From NCBI GenBank assembly GCA_900552005.1, contig URXU01000009.1:5045-69044 (forward strand): a DNA stretch of 64,000 nucleotides, written 5' to 3'. Positions 50,070-59,223 of the stretch are shown here, piece after piece. Source of the DNA: an uncultured Phascolarctobacterium sp. (lineage in GTDB: Bacteria > Bacillota > Negativicutes > Acidaminococcales > Acidaminococcaceae). The position numbers and the translations under genes are program-made. The stretch's first letter is position 1; every line of letters begins with the position of its first letter. A model generated the notes under the pieces. That model did no database searches. It was not told where the DNA came from and was given only the letters and a program-made list of their open reading frames with translations.

Positions 50070-50087
50070 ATTAACTCCAACCAAAAA

Positions 50088-50573
50088 TTATTTTTTACTG
50101 CAGACGCCTTTCAGCCGCTGTAAACGCTGCTTTCTGGCCTTGCTCATTTTCAGCACTCTGAACACGCTGGTCATAACCATCATGCCAAGAGCAATTGCAG
50201 CCGAGTCCGTACACGCTGTAAGCAGCGTAGCCGTTCCCAGTTCGTAATTTTTTTCTATAATCTGCGTCATTCCCTGGTACATGCCAAGTCCCGGCACCAG
50301 CGGAATAATGCCCGGGATAACAAAAATAGTTGCCGGCTGCTTGAACATGCGGGCTGACAAATCACTGCCCAGCGCAATAATAACCGCCGCAAAAAAATTG
50401 GCGTGAAAGGAATTATATCCCAGATGATGGCGCAGCAGGACAAAAAGAACCCAGCCAACAGCGCCAATCACGCCGCTGATAACTAATGATTTTTTAGGCG
50501 CCTGAAACAGGATGCCAAAGGCGGCTGTCGCAAAAAAGGAAAATACAAAAGCTGAGAGAAAATTTACTTCCAT
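50088..50573 (-). CDS. threonine/serine exporter family protein, small subunit (YjjB/DUF3815-like)
   Basis: About 160 aa, 4-5 TM segments. Start overlaps the upstream ThrE-like gene by 10 nt. Confidence 0.7.
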   Translation of the reverse strand: MEVNFLSAFVFSFFATAAFGILFQAPKKSLVISGVIGAVGWVLFVLLRHHLGYNSFHANFFAAVIIALGSDLSARMFKQPATIFVIPGIIPLVPGLGMYQGMTQIIEKNYELGTATLLTACTDSAAIALGMMVMTSVFRVLKMSKARKQRLQRLKGVCSKK

Positions 50574-51349
50574 AAATCCCACCCCCAGATATGCCATGCC
50601 TGCAGGCTAAAGGCCAAGCCAATGGCAATTGATGTCGCAAATAACAAGGCTTCGGCAATACGTGAATTGCCGGAAATTAAATCACCGGCCATATAATCTC
50701 GTAAACCGTTAGTAAAAGCCACTCCGGGAAGAAAAGGCATTAACGCGCCTACAATAATTTTTTCCATAGTGCACTGTACGCTGACGGCACAGCATAAAAT
50801 GGCAACTACACCGATGGCCGCACCAGCCAGGGCATTTTCCCAGAACGCGCTGGGCCGGTACCCGCCCAAACGCTTTAGCAGCAGCATGGCCAGATAACCG
50901 GTGATAAAGGCGGCAATAAAATCGTGACTATTGCCTCCAAGCATAACGGAAAAACATGCCGAGCTGAGGCCTGAGGCCAGACAGACCAGCCTATTGCTGT
51001 AAGGGGGCGCGGTTTTCAGCTTGCCTTCCAGATAGTTGATTGTCGCCGCATAGTCAAGCGGCCAGTTTTTCAGATTGTAGGAGAAATCATTCATCTCACT
51101 GATAATCTGCAAATTAGTACTGCGGTAGCGGATGCGGCAGATGCAGCTAAAGCCCTGCGGTTTTTCATCCCCCAGGATAATGACCGTAGGCGTTACAAAA
51201 ACATTAATATCATGACAGTTATTTGCCTGACAAAAACGGGTAATTGTATCTTCTACACGCGACGTTTCCGCACCGTTTTTTAACAAAACCTTACCCAGCA
51301 GCATGGCCAGGTTCAGTGTTTCCTCACGCTTTAAATTATTCAGGCCCAT
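50564..51349 (-). CDS. threonine/serine exporter family protein, large subunit (YjjP/DUF1212-like)
   Basis: About 260 aa. N-terminal soluble part LLKNGAETSRVEDTI typical of ThrE/DUF1212. Start trimmed to the ATG at 51349. Confidence 0.7.
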   Translation of the reverse strand: MGLNNLKREETLNLAMLLGKVLLKNGAETSRVEDTITRFCQANNCHDINVFVTPTVIILGDEKPQGFSCICRIRYRSTNLQIISEMNDFSYNLKNWPLDYAATINYLEGKLKTAPPYSNRLVCLASGLSSACFSVMLGGNSHDFIAAFITGYLAMLLLKRLGGYRPSAFWENALAGAAIGVVAILCCAVSVQCTMEKIIVGALMPFLPGVAFTNGLRDYMAGDLISGNSRIAEALLFATSIAIGLAFSLQAWHIWGWDLWK

Positions 51350-51353
51350 AGCA

Positions 51354-52046
51354 TTATCCTTCTTGCTCAAACAAAGCTGCCACCGCAGCCTTGAACCGAT
51401 TGGCGCCGCCCATGGACGGATGCGGCACAGCGCTGCACGAAACGCCGTAACGAGCCAAAGTACCGGCGGCCTTTTGTCCAATAGCCAAAACCTGCATGCC
51501 GGGCACCAGCTCCAGCAGCATTCTGGTATAGGCAATACCCGCATCAAGCTCTGCTGTCACCGGCGTACGGTTGGAAAGCAGCTTGCCTTCCTTATACGGA
51601 TGAAAAGGAAATATATTCCATAAAATAACATCAAAAGACGCCAGTCCATGCCTGTTTAAAGCATTCCAGACTACGGTATCCGTCGGTTCATTAAAGCCTT
51701 TTTCTTTCTGGATCTTATTTAAAAGCGCACTTTGAGGATCACTGGTACGCTGATAGTTCCACTGTCCCAAAACGCTTTCCGGACTAATATCCGGATGATA
51801 TCCCAGCATAATGCGCTCGGATGTAATAGCCACTCCGCTGAAATGCCCTCCCTGATAACCAAGGGCTTCCGCAAGGAAAAGATATTTGGCGTTTTTGCGC
51901 AGCTCCAGATAGCGCTTGAGATTATTGCTGCGCACTGCCGGAGCCTGCAAGCCAATGTCACAGGAAGTATCGTATTCACTCCAGGGATTAAACACCAGTG
52001 GGCTATGATATTGCTGTAATTCTGTAATAAAATTTTTAATTTCCAC
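51354..52046 (-). CDS. uracil-DNA glycosylase superfamily protein (divergent family)
   Basis: 230 aa. Motif A-like AEALGYQGGHFSG (in place of GEAPG) and motif B-like VPHPSMGG. GTG start behind TGGAGG. Confidence 0.55.
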   Translation of the reverse strand: MEIKNFITELQQYHSPLVFNPWSEYDTSCDIGLQAPAVRSNNLKRYLELRKNAKYLFLAEALGYQGGHFSGVAITSERIMLGYHPDISPESVLGQWNYQRTSDPQSALLNKIQKEKGFNEPTDTVVWNALNRHGLASFDVILWNIFPFHPYKEGKLLSNRTPVTAELDAGIAYTRMLLELVPGMQVLAIGQKAAGTLARYGVSCSAVPHPSMGGANRFKAAVAALFEQEG

Positions 52047-52095
52047 AATATGCCTCCAATGTATTATTATAACCTGTTCCCCGGAATTTAGCCAA

Positions 52096-52130
52096 TAAAA
52101 AAGCTATCCAAAGACTTAGCCTTGGATAGC
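52096..52130 (-). terminator. intrinsic terminator after dcuC
   Basis: Minus strand GCTATCCAAGG-loop-CTTTGGATAGC followed by TTTTTTATT. Confidence 0.8.
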
Positions 52131-52143
52131 CTGAAAATATTTT

Positions 52144-53400
52144 TTAGAATAACAGCAGTACCATACCGGTAAGTAAAGCAAGGGTAATGCCCAAAGCATT
52201 ACGTTTGCAAACTTCCATCGGGTCAACACCGGCAATACCGGCACAGATAATGGTGGCGCCGGCAATAGGAGAAATGGTACGGCCCAAAGTACCGCCCAAA
52301 GAAGCCATGGAGCCCATGCTCATGGTATTCAGACCAAATTCCACTGCATGCGGTGTAACAGCTTCGTTGAAGGCAACCGTCGCAGCATCGCCGCTGCCGG
52401 AAATAAGCGCCAAAAGGAACGGGCCGAAGGTTGCGGCAATCTTTACAATGCCGGTAGAATTCAGCATCCAGTTAATCAGCGCTTTAATCAGGCCCAGAGA
52501 ATTCAAGCCTGCAACAAACACACCTACAGAAATAATAATACCGATGATGTTGGCATAAGCGTTGCCCATGCCGTCAAAGAAAGATTTAGTAAGCTCTACC
52601 GGACTCTTGCGGGTTACAAGCAGGCTGACGATGGCACCAATGACCATAGCGTGCGGAACACCCATTTTCAGTACCGGTACCAGGCCGGTGCTGCCCAAAA
52701 GCAGGATGATAACCGGCAGCAGCGGCATCAGCGCATACAGCGGATTAATACTAAAGTTTTCTTCAACAGCAGAGCCGCCTTCAGGTACATAACCCTTGTT
52801 TTCTTTCAAAACCATAGCAAGAATGGTCAAGGTAACAGCGGCAACCAGTACGCCGGCTACAGTAGCCATCATATGATGGGCAATAACCTCAGTAATCTGT
52901 ACGCCTGCCAGTTTAGCAATAACGCCGTTATGAACAAGGCCGGGGTTCAGCATGCTGCCGTAAGTACCGGACTTAACTGCAGCCGCAGCCATTGCCGGAT
53001 GAATACCGGCAGCCATCATAATCGGAATAAAGATAACGCCTACCGCAGCGCTGCAGCCTGCAGCACTGGGAATCGCAATATTAATGATAAAGGTTGCCAG
53101 CGTTGCGCCGGGAATAAGCAGAAAGCCCATTTTTTTCAAAACCTTACCAATCATAACAACCAGATGCTTATCGCAGGAAGTATATTTCATGCAAAGCGCA
53201 AAACCCATGCAGGAACATACGGAAGTAATCAAGCCCGCATTAGTCATGCTCTTGGCAAAAGCATCCAATGAAGCCATGGGCTTGCCTGCAATAATACACA
53301 TCAAAATACCGGCTGCAATCAGCACCATTCTTGATTCATAGCGTTTCAGAAGCAGCCAGATGACTCCCAAAACTATCAGTGCACCAATAATCAGCAACAT
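52144..53400 (-). CDS. dcuC: DcuC-family anaerobic C4-dicarboxylate transporter
   Basis: Polytopic protein of about 418 aa with a DcuC-like N-terminus (LLKRYESRMVLIAAGILMC). Start trimmed to the ATG at 53400 behind GGGGGTTGG. Confidence 0.75.
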   Translation of the reverse strand: MLLIIGALIVLGVIWLLLKRYESRMVLIAAGILMCIIAGKPMASLDAFAKSMTNAGLITSVCSCMGFALCMKYTSCDKHLVVMIGKVLKKMGFLLIPGATLATFIINIAIPSAAGCSAAVGVIFIPIMMAAGIHPAMAAAAVKSGTYGSMLNPGLVHNGVIAKLAGVQITEVIAHHMMATVAGVLVAAVTLTILAMVLKENKGYVPEGGSAVEENFSINPLYALMPLLPVIILLLGSTGLVPVLKMGVPHAMVIGAIVSLLVTRKSPVELTKSFFDGMGNAYANIIGIIISVGVFVAGLNSLGLIKALINWMLNSTGIVKIAATFGPFLLALISGSGDAATVAFNEAVTPHAVEFGLNTMSMGSMASLGGTLGRTISPIAGATIICAGIAGVDPMEVCKRNALGITLALLTGMVLLLF

Positions 53401-53461
53401 AAAAACCAACCCCCAAATAAAAATACATTTAGAAAATAAATCTAGACTTTTATTATAAAAC

Positions 53462-53496
53462 AAAAACCAGTAAAATCAAAGACTTTACTGGTTTTG
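53462..53496 (-). terminator. intrinsic terminator after the LtaS-like gene
   Basis: Minus strand AAAACCAGTAAA-loop-TTTACTGGTTTT followed by TGTTTT. Confidence 0.75.
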
Positions 53497-53509
53497 TATA
53501 CAAAATACT

Positions 53510-55537
53510 TTAGAACTGGTGCCACATAGTGTACTCATGCACAATATAATTGCTCAGCGCATCTTCATATTCACTGTCCGGAACCGGTTTATCCATCTGG
53601 TCAACAAAATGCATTTCATCTGACCAGTAATAGGCCTTACCGCCAAAATAGCCCAGCGCATAGGGCGTATTCACATAATCCAAAAGATTGCGTCCCATAA
53701 AGGCCTGCGGTATATCAATCCCCAGCAAATATAAAAGCGTCGGCGCCAAATCAATCTGCGAAGCATACTGCCCCGTGCGCAGATTATCCAGCGGCGCCAG
53801 ATTCTTGCTGACAAAAATCAGCGGTATCGGCGCAATGCTCTGCTTATCATCCGCATTGGTAACGATTTTGGTATATTCGCCGCCGCTGTGAGGATTGTGG
53901 TCGGAAGTAATAATAAACAGAGTACGTTCATCCATCAAACCGCGTTTTTCGGCTTCTTCAAAAAAGTGCTTTAAAGTGCGGTCCACCCAATACATGCCGC
54001 GCACCGTGGCATATGGCTGATTGCGTACCGTTTCCGGATTATCATTCCAGCTGATGCCCGTATAAGGATAGGGCTGATGCATATCCAAAGTCTTAGTAAC
54101 CATCAGCAGACGGTCCTTTTTGCCTGCCTCCAGCATTTTCAGAGCGGCGTCATACATGACATCATTATGAAAACCCCAGCCGCTGGCACCCGTATAACCC
54201 TGTTTTTCCAGATATTCCTTGGCATAGTATTCATTCATACCGAATTGCTCCGGATACTCACGCAGCTCATTGGCATAGTACTGACTGGAAGCATTCATGA
54301 AAATACCGCGCATACCGGCAGCCTGCACGCTGCGGTACAAGGACGGTGTTCCCTCTCCCGGAAAATCCTTATCCATAATCAGATGAGAGCGAAAAGTAGC
54401 ATTCAAGCCCTGAGTTGTGGGCACCGCAGAAGAATAATATCTGTCCAGATGAGGATATCTGATAATCAAACTGTTCAGAAACGGAGTTGCCGCTTCCGGA
54501 ATATTTTTATTGTAGTAATTGATATAATCGCGATGAACAGATTCCAGTACCAGCAAAACTACCCGGTCATAGGCCGGCTTAATTTTCTCCGGCTGCACCC
54601 GCGGCAAAATAATGCCCAGCTCCCGCAAGGTACGCTGATCCTTTTCCGTCAGCTCACGTAATTGCAGATGATTGCCGCCGGCAATCTTATCCGTATCAAA
54701 AACGGCCTTGCTGACAAAATTGATATTGATCGGCATAGCTACCATATTACGGTAATCCTGCCGCGTTTTTTCTATCTCTACCTCGGCATACATGCCGATA
54801 ACATTTTCAAAGCAGTAAATGCCCAAGGTACCCAAAACCCTGTCAGCCAGATTCAGCCCGATGGAAAACATGGCCACACACAGCAGCGACCAGGCAAAAT
54901 TCGGTTTATGACGCTGAGGCGGCGTTACCCTAAACAGCAGCAAAATTACCAGTACGGCAGCGATAATACCACCAATCATTACCGGACTCATCGTGGCAAA
55001 AATGCCTTTCACCGCATAAATATTAAGATTCTGGAACAGCACGCTTTCCACATGCATGGACGTCTGCCAGAAATAAAAGCCGTCAAAGATTATGCTTAAC
55101 GCCGAAAACAGATAAACGGCAAAATATATCAGCTTCATGAAAAGATTGGGCCATTTATGATAGCACATGGCGGTCAATAGCAGCAGCAGAATATTATTAT
55201 TCAGACCGGCCAGCACCGATAAAGCAGTCAGCAGCCCAAAATCCAAACTCAGCTGATTAATCATAAAGATTGCCGCTGCCAGATACATTACGCCGACAAC
55301 AACTACCGGAAAATACCTTTGGACTCTGTCCTTAATGCGGCTACGGCGAAAATACAAGCCCCATACGGCCCAGCCCAGCAGGCAGTCACGCAGCAAATGG
55401 TCAAAAATCCGAAAATAAAATTCGTTATAAGGAAATGGCTGCACACCGGTAAATTGCCGGAAAGCAAGCACTGCTTCAAGTCCTCCGGCCACCAGCACAT
55501 ACAGCAGCAGCAAATATCTTTTTTGCACACCCATCAC
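53510..55537 (-). CDS. LtaS/OpgB-type sulfatase-fold phosphoglycerol (or related head-group) transferase
   Basis: 675 aa. About 250 aa of polytopic N-terminus plus an extracytoplasmic sulfatase domain (VVLLVLESV, PTTQG candidate nucleophile Thr, TSDHNPH). Confidence 0.75.
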   Translation of the reverse strand: MMGVQKRYLLLLYVLVAGGLEAVLAFRQFTGVQPFPYNEFYFRIFDHLLRDCLLGWAVWGLYFRRSRIKDRVQRYFPVVVVGVMYLAAAIFMINQLSLDFGLLTALSVLAGLNNNILLLLLTAMCYHKWPNLFMKLIYFAVYLFSALSIIFDGFYFWQTSMHVESVLFQNLNIYAVKGIFATMSPVMIGGIIAAVLVILLLFRVTPPQRHKPNFAWSLLCVAMFSIGLNLADRVLGTLGIYCFENVIGMYAEVEIEKTRQDYRNMVAMPININFVSKAVFDTDKIAGGNHLQLRELTEKDQRTLRELGIILPRVQPEKIKPAYDRVVLLVLESVHRDYINYYNKNIPEAATPFLNSLIIRYPHLDRYYSSAVPTTQGLNATFRSHLIMDKDFPGEGTPSLYRSVQAAGMRGIFMNASSQYYANELREYPEQFGMNEYYAKEYLEKQGYTGASGWGFHNDVMYDAALKMLEAGKKDRLLMVTKTLDMHQPYPYTGISWNDNPETVRNQPYATVRGMYWVDRTLKHFFEEAEKRGLMDERTLFIITSDHNPHSGGEYTKIVTNADDKQSIAPIPLIFVSKNLAPLDNLRTGQYASQIDLAPTLLYLLGIDIPQAFMGRNLLDYVNTPYALGYFGGKAYYWSDEMHFVDQMDKPVPDSEYEDALSNYIVHEYTMWHQF

Positions 55538-55544
55538 CCTTCAA

Positions 55545-56486
55545 TTAAGCCAAAAATTTCACCGGCTGGTCCTCCAGCTCGATAAGCAGCGGCGCCGTTG
55601 TAATAGCATCACCGTCAAGTTCCGCCGCAAAATCTTCCTCATTGCAGCGTATTTCAATTTTCTTAGCAGTTCTAATCATAATACTGTCGTCTATATGCAA
55701 CGCCTCCATGGCGATGCAGGCCGCATAACGCATAAAATCACCGCGCTTATCGCCGGTAAAAAGTGCCGCATGCAGAAGCGGCGAAGAAAGAGAAGCGCCG
55801 TTAAACAGATTATACCTGCCGGCATAATAACGGCTTTTGCCTACAATCACAGAAGAAGCGCCGTGCCAAACCTGTTCGTCATCAAAACGCACCTGAAAAT
55901 GGTAACGCCAGTTGCTGAACAAAAGTTCCTTACGCATCAGTTCCGTTCCCTGCCATACATAGGCCAATTTATTGAGCAGCTTCTTTTCCTTTTCCGTAAC
56001 ATTATCCACTACCAGCGAATCAAAGCCAATGCCTGTAACTGTTAAAAATACATTGCCGTTGGTACGTCCCAAATAAACCGGTACCTCAATCCCCTTTGAA
56101 ACACGTTTAAACCATTTTCCCGGATCACTGCTGAGCAAAAGTTCCTTAGCCACCAGATTGACTGTTCCCGCCGGAAAAACACTGATATACGGCACATAAT
56201 TTTTATTGGCCAGTTTTTCAATAAGCGCGCGAATAGTTCCGTCGCCACCGGCAATAATCACCCAGTCCACCTGCTCGCGTACAGCCTTTTCCGCAATCTC
56301 ATCTACCTGCGAAAAATAGTGAATGGTAAACATTTCTACCTTTTTATAGCCAATCAGCATTTTCAACCGTTTATAAAGCTCATTAACCTTAGACATCATA
56401 CTGGCAAACAACTGCTTACCGGAATTACTGTTATACACCAGCATAACCTTATTAAACTTTTTTACATCCACATAATTTGTCGCCAT
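55545..56486 (-). CDS. diacylglycerol/lipid kinase (DAGK catalytic domain, YegS/DgkB family)
   Basis: GGDGT motif (VIIAGGDGTIRAL). Start at the ATG at 56486 behind AGGAG, 2 nt after the gtrA stop. Confidence 0.8.
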   Translation of the reverse strand: MATNYVDVKKFNKVMLVYNSNSGKQLFASMMSKVNELYKRLKMLIGYKKVEMFTIHYFSQVDEIAEKAVREQVDWVIIAGGDGTIRALIEKLANKNYVPYISVFPAGTVNLVAKELLLSSDPGKWFKRVSKGIEVPVYLGRTNGNVFLTVTGIGFDSLVVDNVTEKEKKLLNKLAYVWQGTELMRKELLFSNWRYHFQVRFDDEQVWHGASSVIVGKSRYYAGRYNLFNGASLSSPLLHAALFTGDKRGDFMRYAACIAMEALHIDDSIMIRTAKKIEIRCNEEDFAAELDGDAITTAPLLIELEDQPVKFLA

Positions 56487-56488
56487 CT

Positions 56489-56932
56489 CTAACTCCTGAA
56501 AATCCATTTTTTGCGCGATAAATAATTCCACACTACTACGATGCAGCTGGTAAGTACTTTACTGAACATGGGATGCCAGGCCAGCAGACTGACAAATATG
56601 TACATCAGCAAAAGATTGAAAAGCAACCCCATCACACTGACGGCAAATACCAGGCTTAATTCCTTGCTGCGCCCGTAACGGCTGCCGCTGTCAAACACCA
56701 GAATATTTCCCAGAAAATAATGGTACAACGTTGACAGCGAAAAAGCCAGCGCAGTCGCCAGCATCGTCAGAGCCGTAATGCTCAACCCCAGACCATGCAG
56801 CAGATAGTGAAACAAAAGGTAAAACAGCGACCACTCTACCAGCGCCGCCGTACCGCCTACAAACAGATATAAAATAACTTTGATCAGTTCGTTGTCAGTA
56901 TAATCTATACCAAACAAAACTTTTTTGCGCAT
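56489..56932 (-). CDS. GtrA-family membrane protein
   Basis: 147 aa, 4 TM segments, GtrA-like pattern (GGTAALVEWSLFYLL ... VWNYLSRKKWIF). Confidence 0.8.
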   Translation of the reverse strand: MRKKVLFGIDYTDNELIKVILYLFVGGTAALVEWSLFYLLFHYLLHGLGLSITALTMLATALAFSLSTLYHYFLGNILVFDSGSRYGRSKELSLVFAVSVMGLLFNLLLMYIFVSLLAWHPMFSKVLTSCIVVVWNYLSRKKWIFRS

Positions 56933-57172
56933 AAAAATACTCCGCGAATAAAATGATATTATATTATATCATTTTACCGCGAAGTTGGCAAAACGTTCAG
57001 AAATTTACATCATGCTTTATACATTTACCTACCTTTCGGTGTTGCCTATCATTTCCTGCAGTTTTGTTACAAATTATCACCATAAAAAGCAGTTGCCATC
57101 AAATCCATGATATTTACTAAAATTAGCATTGTCAAGCTGCGGTTTATTAATTTCAAGAATGCATCATTGAAA

Positions 57173-57364
57173 TTAATCCTCATTTTTCTTTGACTCAACA
57201 TTCTCCACTTTTTTATCACCGGTATCATTCACGCATACTTCATTAACAAAATCAACCGTGGCTTCAGAAAGTATCATTTGCGCAGCTGCTGCAGCCCTGA
57301 GCGGTTCGCTAATTAACAAACTCGTATCAAGACCTTTGAACTTTTCATCAATGCCGTCAGTCAC
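57173..57364 (-). CDS. small acidic hypothetical protein (63 aa), possibly a gene remnant
   Basis: GTG start 9 nt after GGGAGG. No family confidently recognised (see findings). Confidence 0.35.
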   Translation of the reverse strand: MTDGIDEKFKGLDTSLLISEPLRAAAAAQMILSEATVDFVNEVCVNDTGDKKVENVESKKNED

Positions 57365-57446
57365 AATAATCAGCCTCCCGCTTTAAACATAAAAACCGTT
57401 TTAATATCTTAAGCGTGATTAACACCTATAAATTTATTATAAAACT

Positions 57447-58466
57447 TTATCTATCGCCATACATCTTCGCATAATAATCCTGATATTCACCGCTGATAAT
57501 GCGCTGCCACCAGCTTTCATTAGCCAGATACCATTTTATCGTCTTTTTAATGCCTTCAGCAAAACTTGTCTGCGGCAGCCAGCCAAGCTCTTTATGAATC
57601 TTAGCCGGATCAATGGCATAACGCCTGTCATGACCTGGCCTGTCTTTAACAAAAGTTATTAAATCTTCGCCTTTACCAAGCTCTTTAAGAATAGTTTTAA
57701 CTACTTCTAAATTAGTCTTTTCGTTATGTCCGCCGATATTATATACTTCCCCAACGCAGCCTTGTCTAATAATCAAATCAATGGCGCTGCAATGATCTTC
57801 TACATACAGCCAGTCACGAACATTTTCTCCCGTACCATATACAGGTAGCTTCTTATCATGCAAAGCATTAATAATCATCAAGGGAATCAGCTTTTCCGGA
57901 AAATGATAAGGACCATAATTATTAGAGCAGCGAGAAATAGTTACGGGCAAGCCATAAGTCCGATGGTAAGCCAGAACCAGTAAATCCGCACTGGCTTTAG
58001 ATGCAGAATAAGGACTGGAAGTATGCAGCGGCGTTTCTTCCGTAAAGAACAAATCCGGTCTGTCCAGCAGCAAATCGCCATATACTTCATCCGTACTAAC
58101 CTGATGATAACACTTAACGCCATATTTACGGCAGGCATCCATAAGTACGCCTGTACCGATAATATTTGTTTTTAAGAACAGCTCCGGCTCCAAAATGCTG
58201 CGGTCTACATGGCTTTCCGCCGCAAAATTTACTACAATATCAGGTTTTTCTGCCGCAAAAAGCTCATAGACAAAAGCACGGTCAGCAATATCGCCTTTCA
58301 TAAACTTAAAATTACCATGCTGCATCGCGGGCTGCAAGGTTTCTAAATTACCGGCATAAGTCAAAGCATCTAAACAAATAAATTCATCCTCAGGATGTTT
58401 TTTCGGCTGGTAGTATATAAAATTACTGCCAATAAATCCAGCGCCTCCGGTAATTAGAAGTTGCAT
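57447..58466 (-). CDS. rfbB: dTDP-glucose 4,6-dehydratase
   Basis: 339 aa SDR with [15 protein letters not shown] and the DRPGHDRRY motif. Confidence 0.93.
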   Translation of the reverse strand: MQLLITGGAGFIGSNFIYYQPKKHPEDEFICLDALTYAGNLETLQPAMQHGNFKFMKGDIADRAFVYELFAAEKPDIVVNFAAESHVDRSILEPELFLKTNIIGTGVLMDACRKYGVKCYHQVSTDEVYGDLLLDRPDLFFTEETPLHTSSPYSASKASADLLVLAYHRTYGLPVTISRCSNNYGPYHFPEKLIPLMIINALHDKKLPVYGTGENVRDWLYVEDHCSAIDLIIRQGCVGEVYNIGGHNEKTNLEVVKTILKELGKGEDLITFVKDRPGHDRRYAIDPAKIHKELGWLPQTSFAEGIKKTIKWYLANESWWQRIISGEYQDYYAKMYGDR

Positions 58467-59215
58467 TATAATTTTCTCTTACCGTCTAAAAACTTTTGAT
58501 ATTCATCACAAATTTCTTGAACATTATCACCAAACATAATCTGCTTACCTTTATGCAGCCATAATATCTTATTACACATACTTCTGATTTGATTTAAAGA
58601 ATGGGAAACCAGAATAGTTGTCGCTCCACCATTAATAATCTCTTTCATTTTAGCTTCGCTCTTTTTTCTAAAAGCACCATCACCTACAGAAAGTACTTCA
58701 TCTAAAATCAAAATATCTGGCTTAACTAATGATGCAATAGAAAAAGCCAGTCTTGACTTCATCCCAGAAGATAAATGTTTAAATGGCCTGTCTTCAAAAT
58801 CCTTCAACTCTGCAAATTCTATTATCTGCTCGTAAGTTTCATCCATAAACTTACGTGTATAGCCAAGCAGAGCCCCTCTAAGGTAAGTATTTTCTTTAAC
58901 TGTTAAATCTCCATCAAAGCCGCTGCCAAGTTCCAGAAGAGCAGCAATTTTGCCTTCTCTCTTTATGTATCCTTCAGAAGGCAACATTATTCCTGAAATT
59001 ACCTTTAATAAAGTAGATTTACCAGCGCCATTTGTACCTACAATACCGAGCATATCTCCTTTTTCAATATTAAAAGTAACATTTTTATTAGCCCAAAATT
59101 CATTAACAGTATAGTTATTTTTCAACTTACGCATAACATACTCTTTTAAACCAATACTCTTAAAATCACCAGTGATATATTTAATTGAGACATTATGAAC
59201 TTCTAAAATCGACAT
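58466..59215 (-). CDS. polysaccharide/teichoic-acid ABC exporter ATP-binding protein (Wzt/TagH type, short form)
   Basis: Walker [10 protein letters not shown], signature LSSGMKSRL, Walker [13 protein letters not shown]. No C-terminal carbohydrate-binding extension. Confidence 0.88.
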   Translation of the reverse strand: MSILEVHNVSIKYITGDFKSIGLKEYVMRKLKNNYTVNEFWANKNVTFNIEKGDMLGIVGTNGAGKSTLLKVISGIMLPSEGYIKREGKIAALLELGSGFDGDLTVKENTYLRGALLGYTRKFMDETYEQIIEFAELKDFEDRPFKHLSSGMKSRLAFSIASLVKPDILILDEVLSVGDGAFRKKSEAKMKEIINGGATTILVSHSLNQIRSMCNKILWLHKGKQIMFGDNVQEICDEYQKFLDGKRKL

Positions 59216-59223
59216 ACTAACAC

